64,000 nt of DNA from Candidatus Thalassarchaeaceae archaeon (GTDB lineage: Archaea > Thermoplasmatota > Poseidoniia > Poseidoniales > Thalassarchaeaceae), in contig JAPYUP010000004.1 of assembly GCA_029940695.1 (NCBI GenBank), positions 9,998-73,997 on the forward strand. Direction: 5' to 3'. This document shows positions 1-9,323 of the stretch, piece by piece. The stretch's first letter is position 1; each line of letters begins with the position of its first letter. The position numbers and the translations under genes were made by a program. Under the pieces are notes generated by a model, which did no database searches, was not told the origin of the DNA, and saw nothing but the letters and a program-made list of their open reading frames with translations.

Positions 1-1242
1 GCGGGTGACAAGGTCGGATATCGAATGGCTGGTGGTGACATCACGGTCCAGGGTTCCGTTGGGGATGAGGCCGGAGCTGGAATGACGGGCGGGACAATAA
101 TCGTACGAGGGCACACTGGGAGCAAGCTTGGCGCGGGAATGGCTGAAGGGACCGTCGTGGTGATGGGTTCCGTGGGCTCAGAACCGGGAATTGAAATGAG
201 TGGTGGTAGGCTAATCGTCTCAGGGAGTTGTCCCCCTCCCGGCCAAGGAGTAAGCATGCGATCAATAGGGAATGACGAGATTTCGGAGTTCGCACACCTC
301 CTCGAGCCTCTCGGCCTGTCCCTTAACGAGGACGCCCTGGTACTGGAGGCTTCGAAGGACCTTGCAAGTCCTGACGATTTACCGGAGGCCTTCGTCGCAG
401 AAGGCTTTGAGAGGGTGTCTCTCGCCCCTTCTAATGAAGATCGCCTATCCAATCACAGTCCTCTTGACCACTATACATTGATTCTCCCAACTGGTGCAGA
501 TTCCGGAGGGATTCTCTTTCCTGTCCCTTGGTTAGTACAGTGTGACACAGCTAGCGAGTGGAAGGGTAGGATGTCCGACGAGCAACCCGCGCTAGTTCGA
601 TCGGCCCCTCGAGCGACTGACCTCCTGCTCATAGGGAGGGAGGGTTTGGCTGATTCAATATCGGTTGTCGGGCAATGTGCAGGTATAGTGCTAGACCTCT
701 CTGATTTCCCAGGTTTGAACGACGCTGAAATCGAGGCCTTGCTTGTTTCACTGTATAGCAGGATGTCCGAGTCCTCTCTGGTATTATTGAGGGGGGACGT
801 CGACAGGGTAGAGCACCTGTTCAGGCTTATAGTGGAGCTGGACCTAGACGGAGCTATTGTGGATGGGGCTTCGCCTAGTGGCTCCAGGTTGGCTGCTGCT
901 CTTCCGAAAATCGGGCTAGCATCCAGAGCGATGGGGCTAGCCGATCACGGCAAGTACGTGATGATAGAAATTGATGAGGCGCCTAGCGCCGAAGACATGC
1001 TCATTGCTGTCGCAGCTGGTTGCCCCGTAGTCGTTGCACCCCCGTCTGAGGAAGATGTTGACGGATACCTGACTTGGATTGAGGGGAACCTGAGGGGCTG
1101 GATGCGGGAACTTGGCATAGACGGACTTGAGAGAATCGGCAGAAGGAACCTCAGAGCCACGGACTATGACACGGCCGCAATTTCCGGGCTCCGTCTGGTC
1201 GGATACGATAGACCGCTACCAATGTGGCTCGAATTGAGGTGA
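1..1242 (+). CDS. Glutamate-synthase-related protein: GXGXG beta-helix domain (GltB domain 3 / FwdC-like) plus a GltS-like C-terminal region. The 5' end is cut by the window edge.
   Basis: Frame 1 is open from nt 1 (AGDKVGYR precedes the first Met at 25). Tandem Gly-rich turns GDEAGAGMTGGTIIVRGHTGSKLGAGMAEGTVVVMGSVGSEPGIEMSGGRLIVSG are typical of the GXGXG domain. The assignment of the C-terminal 250 aa is weaker. Confidence 0.55.
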   Translation, partial: AGDKVGYRMAGGDITVQGSVGDEAGAGMTGGTIIVRGHTGSKLGAGMAEGTVVVMGSVGSEPGIEMSGGRLIVSGSCPPPGQGVSMRSIGNDEISEFAHLLEPLGLSLNEDALVLEASKDLASPDDLPEAFVAEGFERVSLAPSNEDRLSNHSPLDHYTLILPTGADSGGILFPVPWLVQCDTASEWKGRMSDEQPALVRSAPRATDLLLIGREGLADSISVVGQCAGIVLDLSDFPGLNDAEIEALLVSLYSRMSESSLVLLRGDVDRVEHLFRLIVELDLDGAIVDGASPSGSRLAAALPKIGLASRAMGLADHGKYVMIEIDEAPSAEDMLIAVAAGCPVVVAPPSEEDVDGYLTWIEGNLRGWMRELGIDGLERIGRRNLRATDYDTAAISGLRLVGYDRPLPMWLELR

Positions 1243-1246
1243 TTAG

Positions 1247-3001
1247 TTGCCAACCCTAGAGCTCCAACATTCGATTCTTAGATACATCCAGGATCTGAAC
1301 GAAACGCGACACAATCCCGAGACGTGGTCGGACTGGCTGCCCAGAATAGGCTGTCCGGTAGATTTCAACGACAGAACAGTGGTGGAGGTGGAAGTATTCC
1401 CAGATCGTCCAGACCTCCTGAGTCATGAAGCGCTGGCAAAGGCCTCTCGTTCGTTCCTCGGTCTTGGGGAGGCGAGCGTAACATTGGGGGTGCTTGATGG
1501 CGAAATAGAAGTGAATGTCGACTCATCTCTGGGAGAAGTTAGGCCAGTCATCATGGCAGCAGTGGTCAGGGGTGTTGATACAGGCTCCGACATCGGGCAG
1601 AAGAATGACTTCATCCAAACTCTGATGGATCACCAAGAAAAATTGCACCTAACCCTCGGCAGGAAGAGAAGGTTCGCCTCAATCGGAGTACACGACCTCT
1701 CTGCCTTGAGCCCCCCCTTCCGCGTCCTCACTGTTCCCCCATCATACTCCTTCGTACCCCTGGCCGAGACTGAAAAGATGAGCATTAGCCAGATTCTGGA
1801 GAGTCACCCCAAGGGAATCGAATACGCCCACCTTATGGATGGGCTTGCCGGCTTCCCCGTTATTCTAGACTCTAATGACGATCTGCTCTCGTTCCCCCCC
1901 ATCATTAACGGGGACCACACTACGGTCAATGAGGACACCACTGACTTCTTCATCGATGTCACAGGATGGGACGAGCGGGCTTGCGAAGCGTGCTTGCTCT
2001 TGGTCTGCCTCTCGATGGCGGAACGGGGGGGTGCCGTCGAGAGTGTGCGGGTGACTGGCTTCGACGGCCAAACATCCAATACGCCCCGGGGAGATGAGCG
2101 TAGTCACAGGGTTCCAGACCGTCTGATTCGGAAGATACTCGGTCTGGAGATGTCATCAGAGGACCTTGCCACTGCGCTCAGGAAGATGGGGGGGCGTCTG
2201 GAAGAAAGCAGGACTGTGACCGATGGCCCCAATAATTCCGAGAAGTGGGTTGATTGCGTCGTAGGAGAGCAGGAGCACGTGATTTCAATGCCTAGGTGGA
2301 GGAGTGACATCATGCACCCCATTGATATCGTCGAGGACATTGCAATAGGCTACGGCTACGACAATCTTCCCAAGGAACTGTCCTCTGTCCACATAGATGC
2401 AATACCACTACAGTCATCTCACCTGAAGCGTAGGTTTGGCGAGAGTCTGCGGGCCTGCGGATTGCAAGAAATTCAGAGTCTGACCCTTTCCAATGAGGCA
2501 GACCAGTTCGAACTTATGCGATGGCCATCGGGGGGATCAAAGACAACAATTGCGAATCCGATTACATCCGAGCATACCTTACTTCGGCAGTACATCCTCC
2601 CATCGCTGCTCAGACTGCTTGCGGCAAACCGACACCATGAGCTTCCTCAACGGGTCTATGAGCTCGGTACGGTCGTACGCGACGCCCAGAACCAAAACAG
2701 GGGTGCCTGGGCATGTGCCGAAGCGGGAAGCGGATTCTCAACTGCCAAGGGGATAGTGCAAGGATTGCTTAGGGACTTGGGGGCACCGGCCGATGAAATC
2801 GACTTCGTCGCTATTTCCCCCCGTCTTGGCCCTTGGATTAATGGGAGGGGGGCCTATGTCTCCGTGCGAGGTCAAGCAGTGGGTGAGTTCGGTGAGATAG
2901 ACCCACTAGTCAGTTACGCATTCGGTCTCAAATCACCCATACATGCAGGTGAGTTCGATTTAGGTAAGCTAGGTGAACTAATTCCAGATCCAGTGACATG
3001 A
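1247..3001 (+). CDS. pheT: Phenylalanine--tRNA ligase beta subunit, archaeal type
   Basis: 584-aa ORF with a TTG start 4 nt after the upstream stop. It begins PTLEL.. and carries DIVEDIAIGYGYDNLP (B5/catalytic-like region) and ANPITSEHTLLRQYILPSLL, all characteristic of archaeal PheT. Confidence 0.9.
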   Translation: MPTLELQHSILRYIQDLNETRHNPETWSDWLPRIGCPVDFNDRTVVEVEVFPDRPDLLSHEALAKASRSFLGLGEASVTLGVLDGEIEVNVDSSLGEVRPVIMAAVVRGVDTGSDIGQKNDFIQTLMDHQEKLHLTLGRKRRFASIGVHDLSALSPPFRVLTVPPSYSFVPLAETEKMSISQILESHPKGIEYAHLMDGLAGFPVILDSNDDLLSFPPIINGDHTTVNEDTTDFFIDVTGWDERACEACLLLVCLSMAERGGAVESVRVTGFDGQTSNTPRGDERSHRVPDRLIRKILGLEMSSEDLATALRKMGGRLEESRTVTDGPNNSEKWVDCVVGEQEHVISMPRWRSDIMHPIDIVEDIAIGYGYDNLPKELSSVHIDAIPLQSSHLKRRFGESLRACGLQEIQSLTLSNEADQFELMRWPSGGSKTTIANPITSEHTLLRQYILPSLLRLLAANRHHELPQRVYELGTVVRDAQNQNRGAWACAEAGSGFSTAKGIVQGLLRDLGAPADEIDFVAISPRLGPWINGRGAYVSVRGQAVGEFGEIDPLVSYAFGLKSPIHAGEFDLGKLGELIPDPVT

Positions 3002-3005
3002 AAGG

Positions 3006-3239
3006 CTACTCTTTCTTCTTCGAGAGGAGCTTCATTGCATCCAAGAACTTTCGATTTTTCAGATGGTTTTCATTTGTTGCCCTAGCCTTCGCGTCCTTGC
3101 CCCCTTTTCGTTCGTACTCGACGACGTTGGTGACAAATCTCTGACTGGAAATTTTCGATTTGACGGGTTTCTTCTTGAATGGCCACACCGGTACCACAGT
3201 CCTCGAGTGAGGAAGCCAGACATCAGTATTTCGCAACAT
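3006..3239 (-). CDS. Small lysine-rich basic protein of unknown function (weak resemblance to small ribosomal or nucleic-acid-binding proteins)
   Basis: It is the only ORF in the 263-nt gap between pheT and rnhB. It encodes a 77-aa K/R-rich product (PFKKKPVKSKISSQRFVTNVV...LLSKKKE). I cannot assign a family with confidence. Confidence 0.3.
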   Translation of the reverse strand: MLRNTDVWLPHSRTVVPVWPFKKKPVKSKISSQRFVTNVVEYERKGGKDAKARATNENHLKNRKFLDAMKLLSKKKE

Positions 3240-3264
3240 TGAGTCTGAAAGCAGTAGTTTTCAA

Positions 3265-4038
3265 GTGATTACCGCCTCATTCGGTGTCATGCGGGGATGT
3301 GACATCGGAGTCGATGAAGCGGGAAGAGGGTCAGTAATCGGCCCCCTCGTCGTTTGCGCCCTAGTGGTGCCTGAGGAAGACCGAGGAATCCTAGTTGACA
3401 TTGGGGCTGATGACTCAAAGAAACTCAGCAAGAAGAAACGGGGACTAGTAGCTACAGAGATCGCTAGGCTCTCTGACGCAAGAGGCTGGGGGGTAGGTGA
3501 AATCGTTTGCAGTCCCTCTAGGATCGATCAAGGTATGAAAATTGGAAATCTGAACTCATTGGAGGTGGAATTATTCGCGGAGGCAGTTAACTCAGCGACG
3601 CAACCGAACGGACAGTGCAGAATTCTACTCGATGCGTGCGATGTAGACGCCCCTAGATTCGGGAGGAACGTAGAGTCTGCGCTTGGAGGGGGGTGGGAGG
3701 GTTGCAGAATCGTCTCGGAGCATGGAATGGATGGTGAAGATATTGTCGTAGGCGCAGCCAGCATCATTGCGAAATTCAGACGTGATGCCGAGGTCGAGAG
3801 ACTCTCGAGGAATCTTGCCATTGAGTTGGGCTCTGGATATCCCTCTGACCCCTTGAGCAGGGCCGCTGTGCGAGAACTCTCTGTCGGCAACCTCCCACAC
3901 GAGTGTCTGCGTTGGAGTTGGTCGACCGTTTCCGATATCTGGAAGGAACTGCATCGGCGCCCTGTGCCAATACGAAACGACGGTGCGACTCACCCAGTTC
4001 AATCGTCCTTGGATGATTGGAATCAGCAAGAATGGTGA
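3265..4038 (+). CDS. rnhB: Ribonuclease HII
   Basis: N-terminal GVDEAGRGSVIGPLVV (the DEAGRG catalytic motif) and SKKLSKKKR, followed by GSGYPSDP near the C-terminal part. This is the canonical RNase HII layout. Confidence 0.9.
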   Translation: MITASFGVMRGCDIGVDEAGRGSVIGPLVVCALVVPEEDRGILVDIGADDSKKLSKKKRGLVATEIARLSDARGWGVGEIVCSPSRIDQGMKIGNLNSLEVELFAEAVNSATQPNGQCRILLDACDVDAPRFGRNVESALGGGWEGCRIVSEHGMDGEDIVVGAASIIAKFRRDAEVERLSRNLAIELGSGYPSDPLSRAAVRELSVGNLPHECLRWSWSTVSDIWKELHRRPVPIRNDGATHPVQSSLDDWNQQEW

Positions 4039-4070
4039 AATGCCACCTTTGCTCGGTCAAATCGATTCGC

Positions 4071-5789
4071 ATGAGCGAGCCTCACGATTGGGATTCCGAC
4101 ATAATCGGTGTGATTCGCAAGTATGCCCTGCAGAACGCAGTCGAGTACGACGGCGAGGGGCGGTCAGGCAGCGTGCTTGGCAGGCTGCTCTCCGAGCGTA
4201 AGGACCTGCGTCAGAATGCTCGCGAACTCATGGTCCTTGTAGATGTCGAGGTCTCTGCTGCCAACTCAATGGCTGCGAGTCAGGGGGTGGGCGCTGTTCG
4301 AGCCGAGTTGGAGAGGTCCGCACCCGAAGCCCTAGAACGCGAGAAGCACCAGAAGGCAGAGGGCTTACGAGAATTGCCCGGAGATACGTCCAGTATCGTC
4401 CTGAGATTTGCACCAAATCCAAATGGGCCCATGACGATTGGTCACTCCAGGGGTCTCTCGATCAACTCCGAATATTCTAGGATGTACGGGGGCAAGGTGG
4501 TGCTACGGTTTGATGACACAGACCCCAAGGTCAAGCCGCCAATCATTGATGCTTATGACTGGATAGAGAGGGAGTACGAATGGCTTGCAGGGAAAGCTCC
4601 CGACATCGTCATCCGAGCTAGTGACAACATGAGCCGCTACCTCAAGTGTGCCGAAGAGATGATTGCTGGTGGTTTCGGATACGTGTGTCGCTGCAGTGTG
4701 GAGGATTTCAAGAGGATGCGCGAGGAAATGAAAGACTGCCCTTGCAGGGATCGACTGGTCTCAGACACTCTGTCTGACTGGGAGGCGATGAATTCAGGCG
4801 AAATTACGGAGGGTGATGCTGTGGTCAGAGTGAAGACGGCCATGGCCCTACCCAACCCTGCTCTGCGCGACTGGCCGGCCCTGAGAATATTGGATGCACC
4901 GCACCCAGCTGTAGACGGTGCCCAATACAGGGTTTGGCCGCTTCTGGACTTCCAGAGCGCCATCGATGACCACGATCAGGGAGTAACCCACATCATCAGG
5001 GGAAAGGACCTGATGGACAGTACCCGCAAGCAGACTCTCCTCTACGAGCACTTCGGGTGGTCATACCCCCAAACGCTGTATTGGGGGCGAATCAAGGTCC
5101 ACGAGTTTGGCAAGATATCCAAATCAGAAATCAAGGCAGCGATAGAAAAAGGTAAGTTCGAGGATTGGGATGACATTCGATTGCCTACCCTACCTGCCCT
5201 TATGCGCAGGGGTTTCAGGGGGGAAGTGATTCGTGATTTTTGGATTGACCTCGGAATAACACAGAAGGACATCTCGATCTCGATGCAGACAATCGAAGCA
5301 TTCCACGCCAAGCGGATAGACTCTTCGACAGAGCGGCGTAGTTTCGTTCGCGATCCTGTAAAGCTGACCTTGGAGGGGTCAGGTGGTCCGGGACCTGAGT
5401 TATCCATTCCCAAGCACCCGGACGGGATGGTGCAGGGCTCTAGGGATTGGACGGTCGGTGGTTCCGTAGTAGTTCAGTCTGCAGATGTCAATGCAGGCAG
5501 CATCCGCCTGAAGGAGTACGCAGACATCACAGTGTCCGGTGAGTCTGCTGCAGTAGACTCGTGGAGCAGGACGGACGAAAGACCCGTGGTGCAGTGGCTG
5601 CCTCTCGACATGGGACGTGATGCGGTTCTGCACAGGCCAGAAGGGAGGCTTATTTCCTTCGAAAGCGGACTGCTTGAGGACTTCGAGTTGAAAATAGGAG
5701 AGATATACCAGCTTGAGAGGGTCGGTTTCGCTAGATTGGAGGATCTTCCCGATGAGGGGCCTGCGAAGCTAATTTGGCTGCATAGCTAG
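4071..5789 (+). CDS. gltX: Glutamate--tRNA ligase (archaeal/eukaryal type)
   Basis: RFAPNPNGPMTIGHSRG (HIGH-type motif), VLRFDDTDP, THIIRGKDL and FGKISKSE (KMSKS-type). I prefer the ATG at 4071 over the ORF-track start at 4017, which overlaps rnhB. Confidence 0.9.
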   Translation: MSEPHDWDSDIIGVIRKYALQNAVEYDGEGRSGSVLGRLLSERKDLRQNARELMVLVDVEVSAANSMAASQGVGAVRAELERSAPEALEREKHQKAEGLRELPGDTSSIVLRFAPNPNGPMTIGHSRGLSINSEYSRMYGGKVVLRFDDTDPKVKPPIIDAYDWIEREYEWLAGKAPDIVIRASDNMSRYLKCAEEMIAGGFGYVCRCSVEDFKRMREEMKDCPCRDRLVSDTLSDWEAMNSGEITEGDAVVRVKTAMALPNPALRDWPALRILDAPHPAVDGAQYRVWPLLDFQSAIDDHDQGVTHIIRGKDLMDSTRKQTLLYEHFGWSYPQTLYWGRIKVHEFGKISKSEIKAAIEKGKFEDWDDIRLPTLPALMRRGFRGEVIRDFWIDLGITQKDISISMQTIEAFHAKRIDSSTERRSFVRDPVKLTLEGSGGPGPELSIPKHPDGMVQGSRDWTVGGSVVVQSADVNAGSIRLKEYADITVSGESAAVDSWSRTDERPVVQWLPLDMGRDAVLHRPEGRLISFESGLLEDFELKIGEIYQLERVGFARLEDLPDEGPAKLIWLHS

Positions 5790-5818
5790 TTCTGTTCGGC
5801 TCCTGTAGCACCGCGTGT

Positions 5819-5838
5819 GAACCGCGTGCGCGCGGTTC
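5819..5838 (+). terminator. GC-rich hairpin 30 nt downstream of the gltX stop
   Basis: Perfect 8-bp stem gaaccgcg / cgcggttc with loop tgcg. A direct repeat accgcgtg also occurs at 5810-5817 and 5821-5828. No T-tract follows, so a terminator role is uncertain. Confidence 0.25.
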
Positions 5839-5881
5839 CTAGGGGCGTCGCATTCAAGGGGATGAGGCCAATAGACATACG

Positions 5882-7891
5882 ATGAGGGGCAGTTCTCCAC
5901 GTAAGGCAGGAGTAATGGTGGCGCTACTGGTCGTGATTGTCCTATCGCCGTTATCCATGGAGGCCGAGGAGATTAACTCCTGCTGTGTGACTCAGGACTT
6001 CGATCTCTACCTGATTGGCGATTCGGATGAAGGAGAGTTGACTCCCTTCGACTCCGACTTAGACGAAGAGAAATCGGTCCTCGTCACACCATCGATAGCG
6101 GGCGAGGTTAACATCGGGACGTGGGGCGTCACTTGGGGCTTGGACGGAGAATACTCTGCGGGCACCTGGAGTTTCAGCATCCCCTACGAGGTAGTTGACG
6201 CTACGGGAGTCACGACCAACGCCACCGTACTAATCAAAGTAGGAGGGAGTACGTACGAGAGTTCTTCCCAGATTCCTGCAGTCTACCTTACCAACTCGGG
6301 AGAACTCCAAGTCTCGGTGGAAGTCGATGAGGGGAGAATTTCCGAGGGCGAAGATATCGAGTTATCGCTATCTGTACAAGGTCTGATCTTCTCCAACCCT
6401 GGAAGCGAAACTGGGATTAGATTTCTATGGGGGTCCCCCCAGAGTGATGCTTCCTTGACCATGTCCTTCCCGCTCGTGCAAGTCGAGATGAGAGAGGCGA
6501 GCGTGAAGGGTAATCTTGTGTTTTTTCCAATTGAGCTGACTTCGGGGTTCGGTGACAAGATGTGGTCTGGATCCAGTGGGGGCTTTTCCATTCATAACAC
6601 AGAGGTGAGTGAGAGTCCCATCACCACAGTAATGGAGGAAGGGGTTGAGGTTACCTTCGTCTGGGAGATCCCAGAGAGCTTCGAAGGGGGGTCTTTGAGA
6701 GCGGACTTCTACCTATCTCCGCAATCTACTCTGAAGATCGAGACCGATAAAAATCATCAAATCACCGCTGGAGTCGACTCAGGAGACACGAGTTGGTATC
6801 CATCCGAGGAGCCGTCTCGAAGCGGTGGCTCCAGCCTAGACGTTAACATCAATTGCGAATATGACGGAGATACAATCGATAGGGAGACGTCGGTCCGGTT
6901 CAATGGGGCTATGTCGCAGTGGATGAGGTGGGGTCTCGACAACATCGGAAACAATAGCCTTGGTTCCAGCAGTTGGTGGAAGAACTTGAATTCATACGCT
7001 GACTCCATAGGCAGCTCTGACAGGCAAAACGGAAGGGTCGACGATTCTGAGCTCTTAGCTCTCCAGAACCATCTGACGGGCTCAAGATCGGACTTGAGGT
7101 CATTCCTCTCCAATGGGCTATTCATAGAGCCTGAGGCGATGTTCGGAGTAAACCCAGTAGATTTCGGCCCCATGGAAATCATGATTGACTTGGGTGACTC
7201 AAGGGCATTCAACTCCGAAACCATTTCTATCACAATGAGCGCTTCCTACGAAGTTGACGAGGGGCAGAGGCAGAGGCTAATCGAGGACTTCGTCCGCCCG
7301 GGTGGATATGACTACTGGACAATGGTAGATCTCGACTTTGAGATTAGCACTGGAATGCTTTCAGGCCTAGGTAGCGTGTATTCCGAGACTGACGATGTCT
7401 CGTATTCACACCGAAGGTGGATTGTGATGGAGGTTCTGGTCATCGAAGAATCGGACATAGATTCGGAGACGGATTTTAGAATCGACTTCGCCTCTCCCGA
7501 ATCCCTGATGTACAGCCCCCTCGTTTCGGCGATGATCTCGGTTTTCGCCCTATGTCTGGCAATTGGAATCGCTTTGGCGCTGACTAAACGCAGAACGAAG
7601 GTGCCGAGCATGATAATGGTCAGCGTCCTTGGCGTACTGACATTCGTGATCTACTGGTTTGGCCTCCCGATGCAGATTGTCCTCGGCGTGGTCGCCTCGA
7701 GCGTACTACTAGTGTTCCCAGTGACACTTATCTCCCCCACTGACGAGTCGATAGAGAGAGTGAGTAGTGGCCCTGCTAGAGCCGGTAGGGTCAGATGCCC
7801 GTCATGTGGGGCGAAGAACAAGGTTGAGTCTAACGTGAGACCATTGAGGTTAGACTGCTCGGGATGCGGAAATACTCTGCGAATAGAGTAG
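5882..7891 (+). CDS. Secreted, membrane-anchored protein with C-terminal TM helices and a cytoplasmic zinc ribbon
   Basis: Signal-like N-terminus (KAGVMVALLVVIVLSPLSMEA), a long extracellular region and three hydrophobic helices near the C-terminus, ending in RCPSCGAKNK...CSGCGNTLRIE (CxxC..CxxC). Confidence 0.6.
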   Translation: MRGSSPRKAGVMVALLVVIVLSPLSMEAEEINSCCVTQDFDLYLIGDSDEGELTPFDSDLDEEKSVLVTPSIAGEVNIGTWGVTWGLDGEYSAGTWSFSIPYEVVDATGVTTNATVLIKVGGSTYESSSQIPAVYLTNSGELQVSVEVDEGRISEGEDIELSLSVQGLIFSNPGSETGIRFLWGSPQSDASLTMSFPLVQVEMREASVKGNLVFFPIELTSGFGDKMWSGSSGGFSIHNTEVSESPITTVMEEGVEVTFVWEIPESFEGGSLRADFYLSPQSTLKIETDKNHQITAGVDSGDTSWYPSEEPSRSGGSSLDVNINCEYDGDTIDRETSVRFNGAMSQWMRWGLDNIGNNSLGSSSWWKNLNSYADSIGSSDRQNGRVDDSELLALQNHLTGSRSDLRSFLSNGLFIEPEAMFGVNPVDFGPMEIMIDLGDSRAFNSETISITMSASYEVDEGQRQRLIEDFVRPGGYDYWTMVDLDFEISTGMLSGLGSVYSETDDVSYSHRRWIVMEVLVIEESDIDSETDFRIDFASPESLMYSPLVSAMISVFALCLAIGIALALTKRRTKVPSMIMVSVLGVLTFVIYWFGLPMQIVLGVVASSVLLVFPVTLISPTDESIERVSSGPARAGRVRCPSCGAKNKVESNVRPLRLDCSGCGNTLRIE

Positions 7892-7893
7892 TG

Positions 7894-8751
7894 TCAGCAT
7901 TGACCGTCCCTGAGGAGCGAGTCGACGACAATGCACGCGGCTAGGTGGGCCGGTTCTATTTCCCAGAATAACGAGGCTTGTTGTATCTGAGTAGCGAGGT
8001 CGGCGCTCCACTCAATTCCAAGAATGCAATGCCACATCAACTCCTCCAACCTAGCGGATGAGGGGGTGCCGCTCGTCAGTGCAGGCTTGGCGAGATTCGA
8101 CAAGGCCCTCGCTTTGCCCTCCTGGTCCATCCTATCCCATTTCCCGGATACTGCCTCCAGTGCGTTCTTATCCAACCATGGCAAATGATCGATGCTTGGC
8201 CCGTCGACCTCTGGAATAGGGACCACTCGGATGGAACCCTCGGATGAGAGCAGGTCCCTGAGAGTCGTATAGACGGGATCGTAGGTCGTTTCTAAGGCTG
8301 AATTCAACCAGTTTCCAGATACCAACCACGGCCTCATCCGCCTCAATCTATTGCTCTCGGGAAATATGGACTGGGCTAGAGCGTGGGCTTGAACAACGGG
8401 AGTTAGTGGCCCTTTTCTGGCGTCACCCTGGTGACCCCTGAGTCCCTCCACTACCACAGTGGCAATGCTGAGCCTCGTCGGATCAGTATCGAGAGTAGGA
8501 CCGGAAGTTTCCCCGGGGCCAAGAATATGCACGTGAGGCGCTGTGTTTGGATCTTCAATCCTGAAGCGCCTCCGATAGGGAATCCCTGAATCTAGGAGGG
8601 CTGCTTCAATGGGAGCAATGGCTAGGGCGCCGTTAAGAGAGGGGGCTGCGAGTAGCAGGATGGTTTCACTTGAGGTGGCCAACGCCTCGGCAGCGGAAGA
8701 CAGGGTGCTCCGGACTGTGGAGAATACTTCTTCTTCGAGCAACGCATGCAT
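7894..8751 (-). CDS. Tentative degenerate DHH / RecJ-Cdc45-like protein with the catalytic motifs replaced
   Basis: 285-aa ORF 41 nt downstream of rps15 on the same strand. ILLLAAPSLNGALAIAPIEAALLDSG fits the DHH motif I layout (strand-DxDG-helix), with SLNG in place of DADG. ATVVVEGLRGH sits where the strand plus DHH motif III would be. Confidence 0.35.
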   Translation of the reverse strand: MHALLEEEVFSTVRSTLSSAAEALATSSETILLLAAPSLNGALAIAPIEAALLDSGIPYRRRFRIEDPNTAPHVHILGPGETSGPTLDTDPTRLSIATVVVEGLRGHQGDARKGPLTPVVQAHALAQSIFPESNRLRRMRPWLVSGNWLNSALETTYDPVYTTLRDLLSSEGSIRVVPIPEVDGPSIDHLPWLDKNALEAVSGKWDRMDQEGKARALSNLAKPALTSGTPSSARLEELMWHCILGIEWSADLATQIQQASLFWEIEPAHLAACIVVDSLLRDGQC

Positions 8752-8792
8752 TGTGGTTTCCTAGCAGAAGGGGTTCAAATCACCTGCGCTTC

Positions 8793-9248
8793 TCACTCGA
8801 CCATCAGTCTGAGTTGATCCCTCTTGTAAGTCCAATCTTCATCAAGTTGGTTCGTCTCCTTGTAGTACTTGGAAAGGCGTCGAATTTTGGATTCGCACAA
8901 CTCAAGTTGCCTTCTGTTGTGAATGTCCTTGCCGTTTGTAGAGAGATGATCAATGAGCCTCAAGGCACGGCGCATCAAACTCATCAGGTCCTCGGGGTAA
9001 CTGGGTATGGCATCGAGTTTGGCTAGGGTTTGCGAGATTCTCTCACCCGTTACCAGACGCACGTCTGGAACTCCATGCTTGTCACGGAGTATCATACCGA
9101 TCATCGCACTTGAGTGCCCATCGTTAGAAAGTTGGGCGATGAGGGTTTCAACATCCTTTTTGTCGGTGTTTGACCACTCAGGAGGCGCCTCGGAGTGGGG
9201 CTTTCTCGAGCCGCTCTTCCCCTTGCCTTTGCTGTGCATTCTGGCCAT
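8793..9248 (-). CDS. rps15: 30S ribosomal protein uS15 (S15P/S13e)
   Basis: MARMHSKGKGKSGSRKP... N-terminus, 151 aa, and the C-terminal S15 helical region (RLSKYYKETNQL). Confidence 0.95.
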   Translation of the reverse strand: MARMHSKGKGKSGSRKPHSEAPPEWSNTDKKDVETLIAQLSNDGHSSAMIGMILRDKHGVPDVRLVTGERISQTLAKLDAIPSYPEDLMSLMRRALRLIDHLSTNGKDIHNRRQLELCESKIRRLSKYYKETNQLDEDWTYKRDQLRLMVE

Positions 9249-9323
9249 CTGTCTAACCTCAGGCAGCCGGGCGTCTTGCTCTCCCTCTATAATCGCTACG
9301 CAGCGGTAAGTGTGAGAGTTAGG

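Noticed and set aside
8771-8785. ggggttcaaatcacc, which superficially resembles a tRNA T-arm (GGTTCAAATCC).
   Set aside because: The flanks cannot form a T-stem (gggg versus cacc). The whole intergenic gap is only 41 nt, too short for a tRNA.
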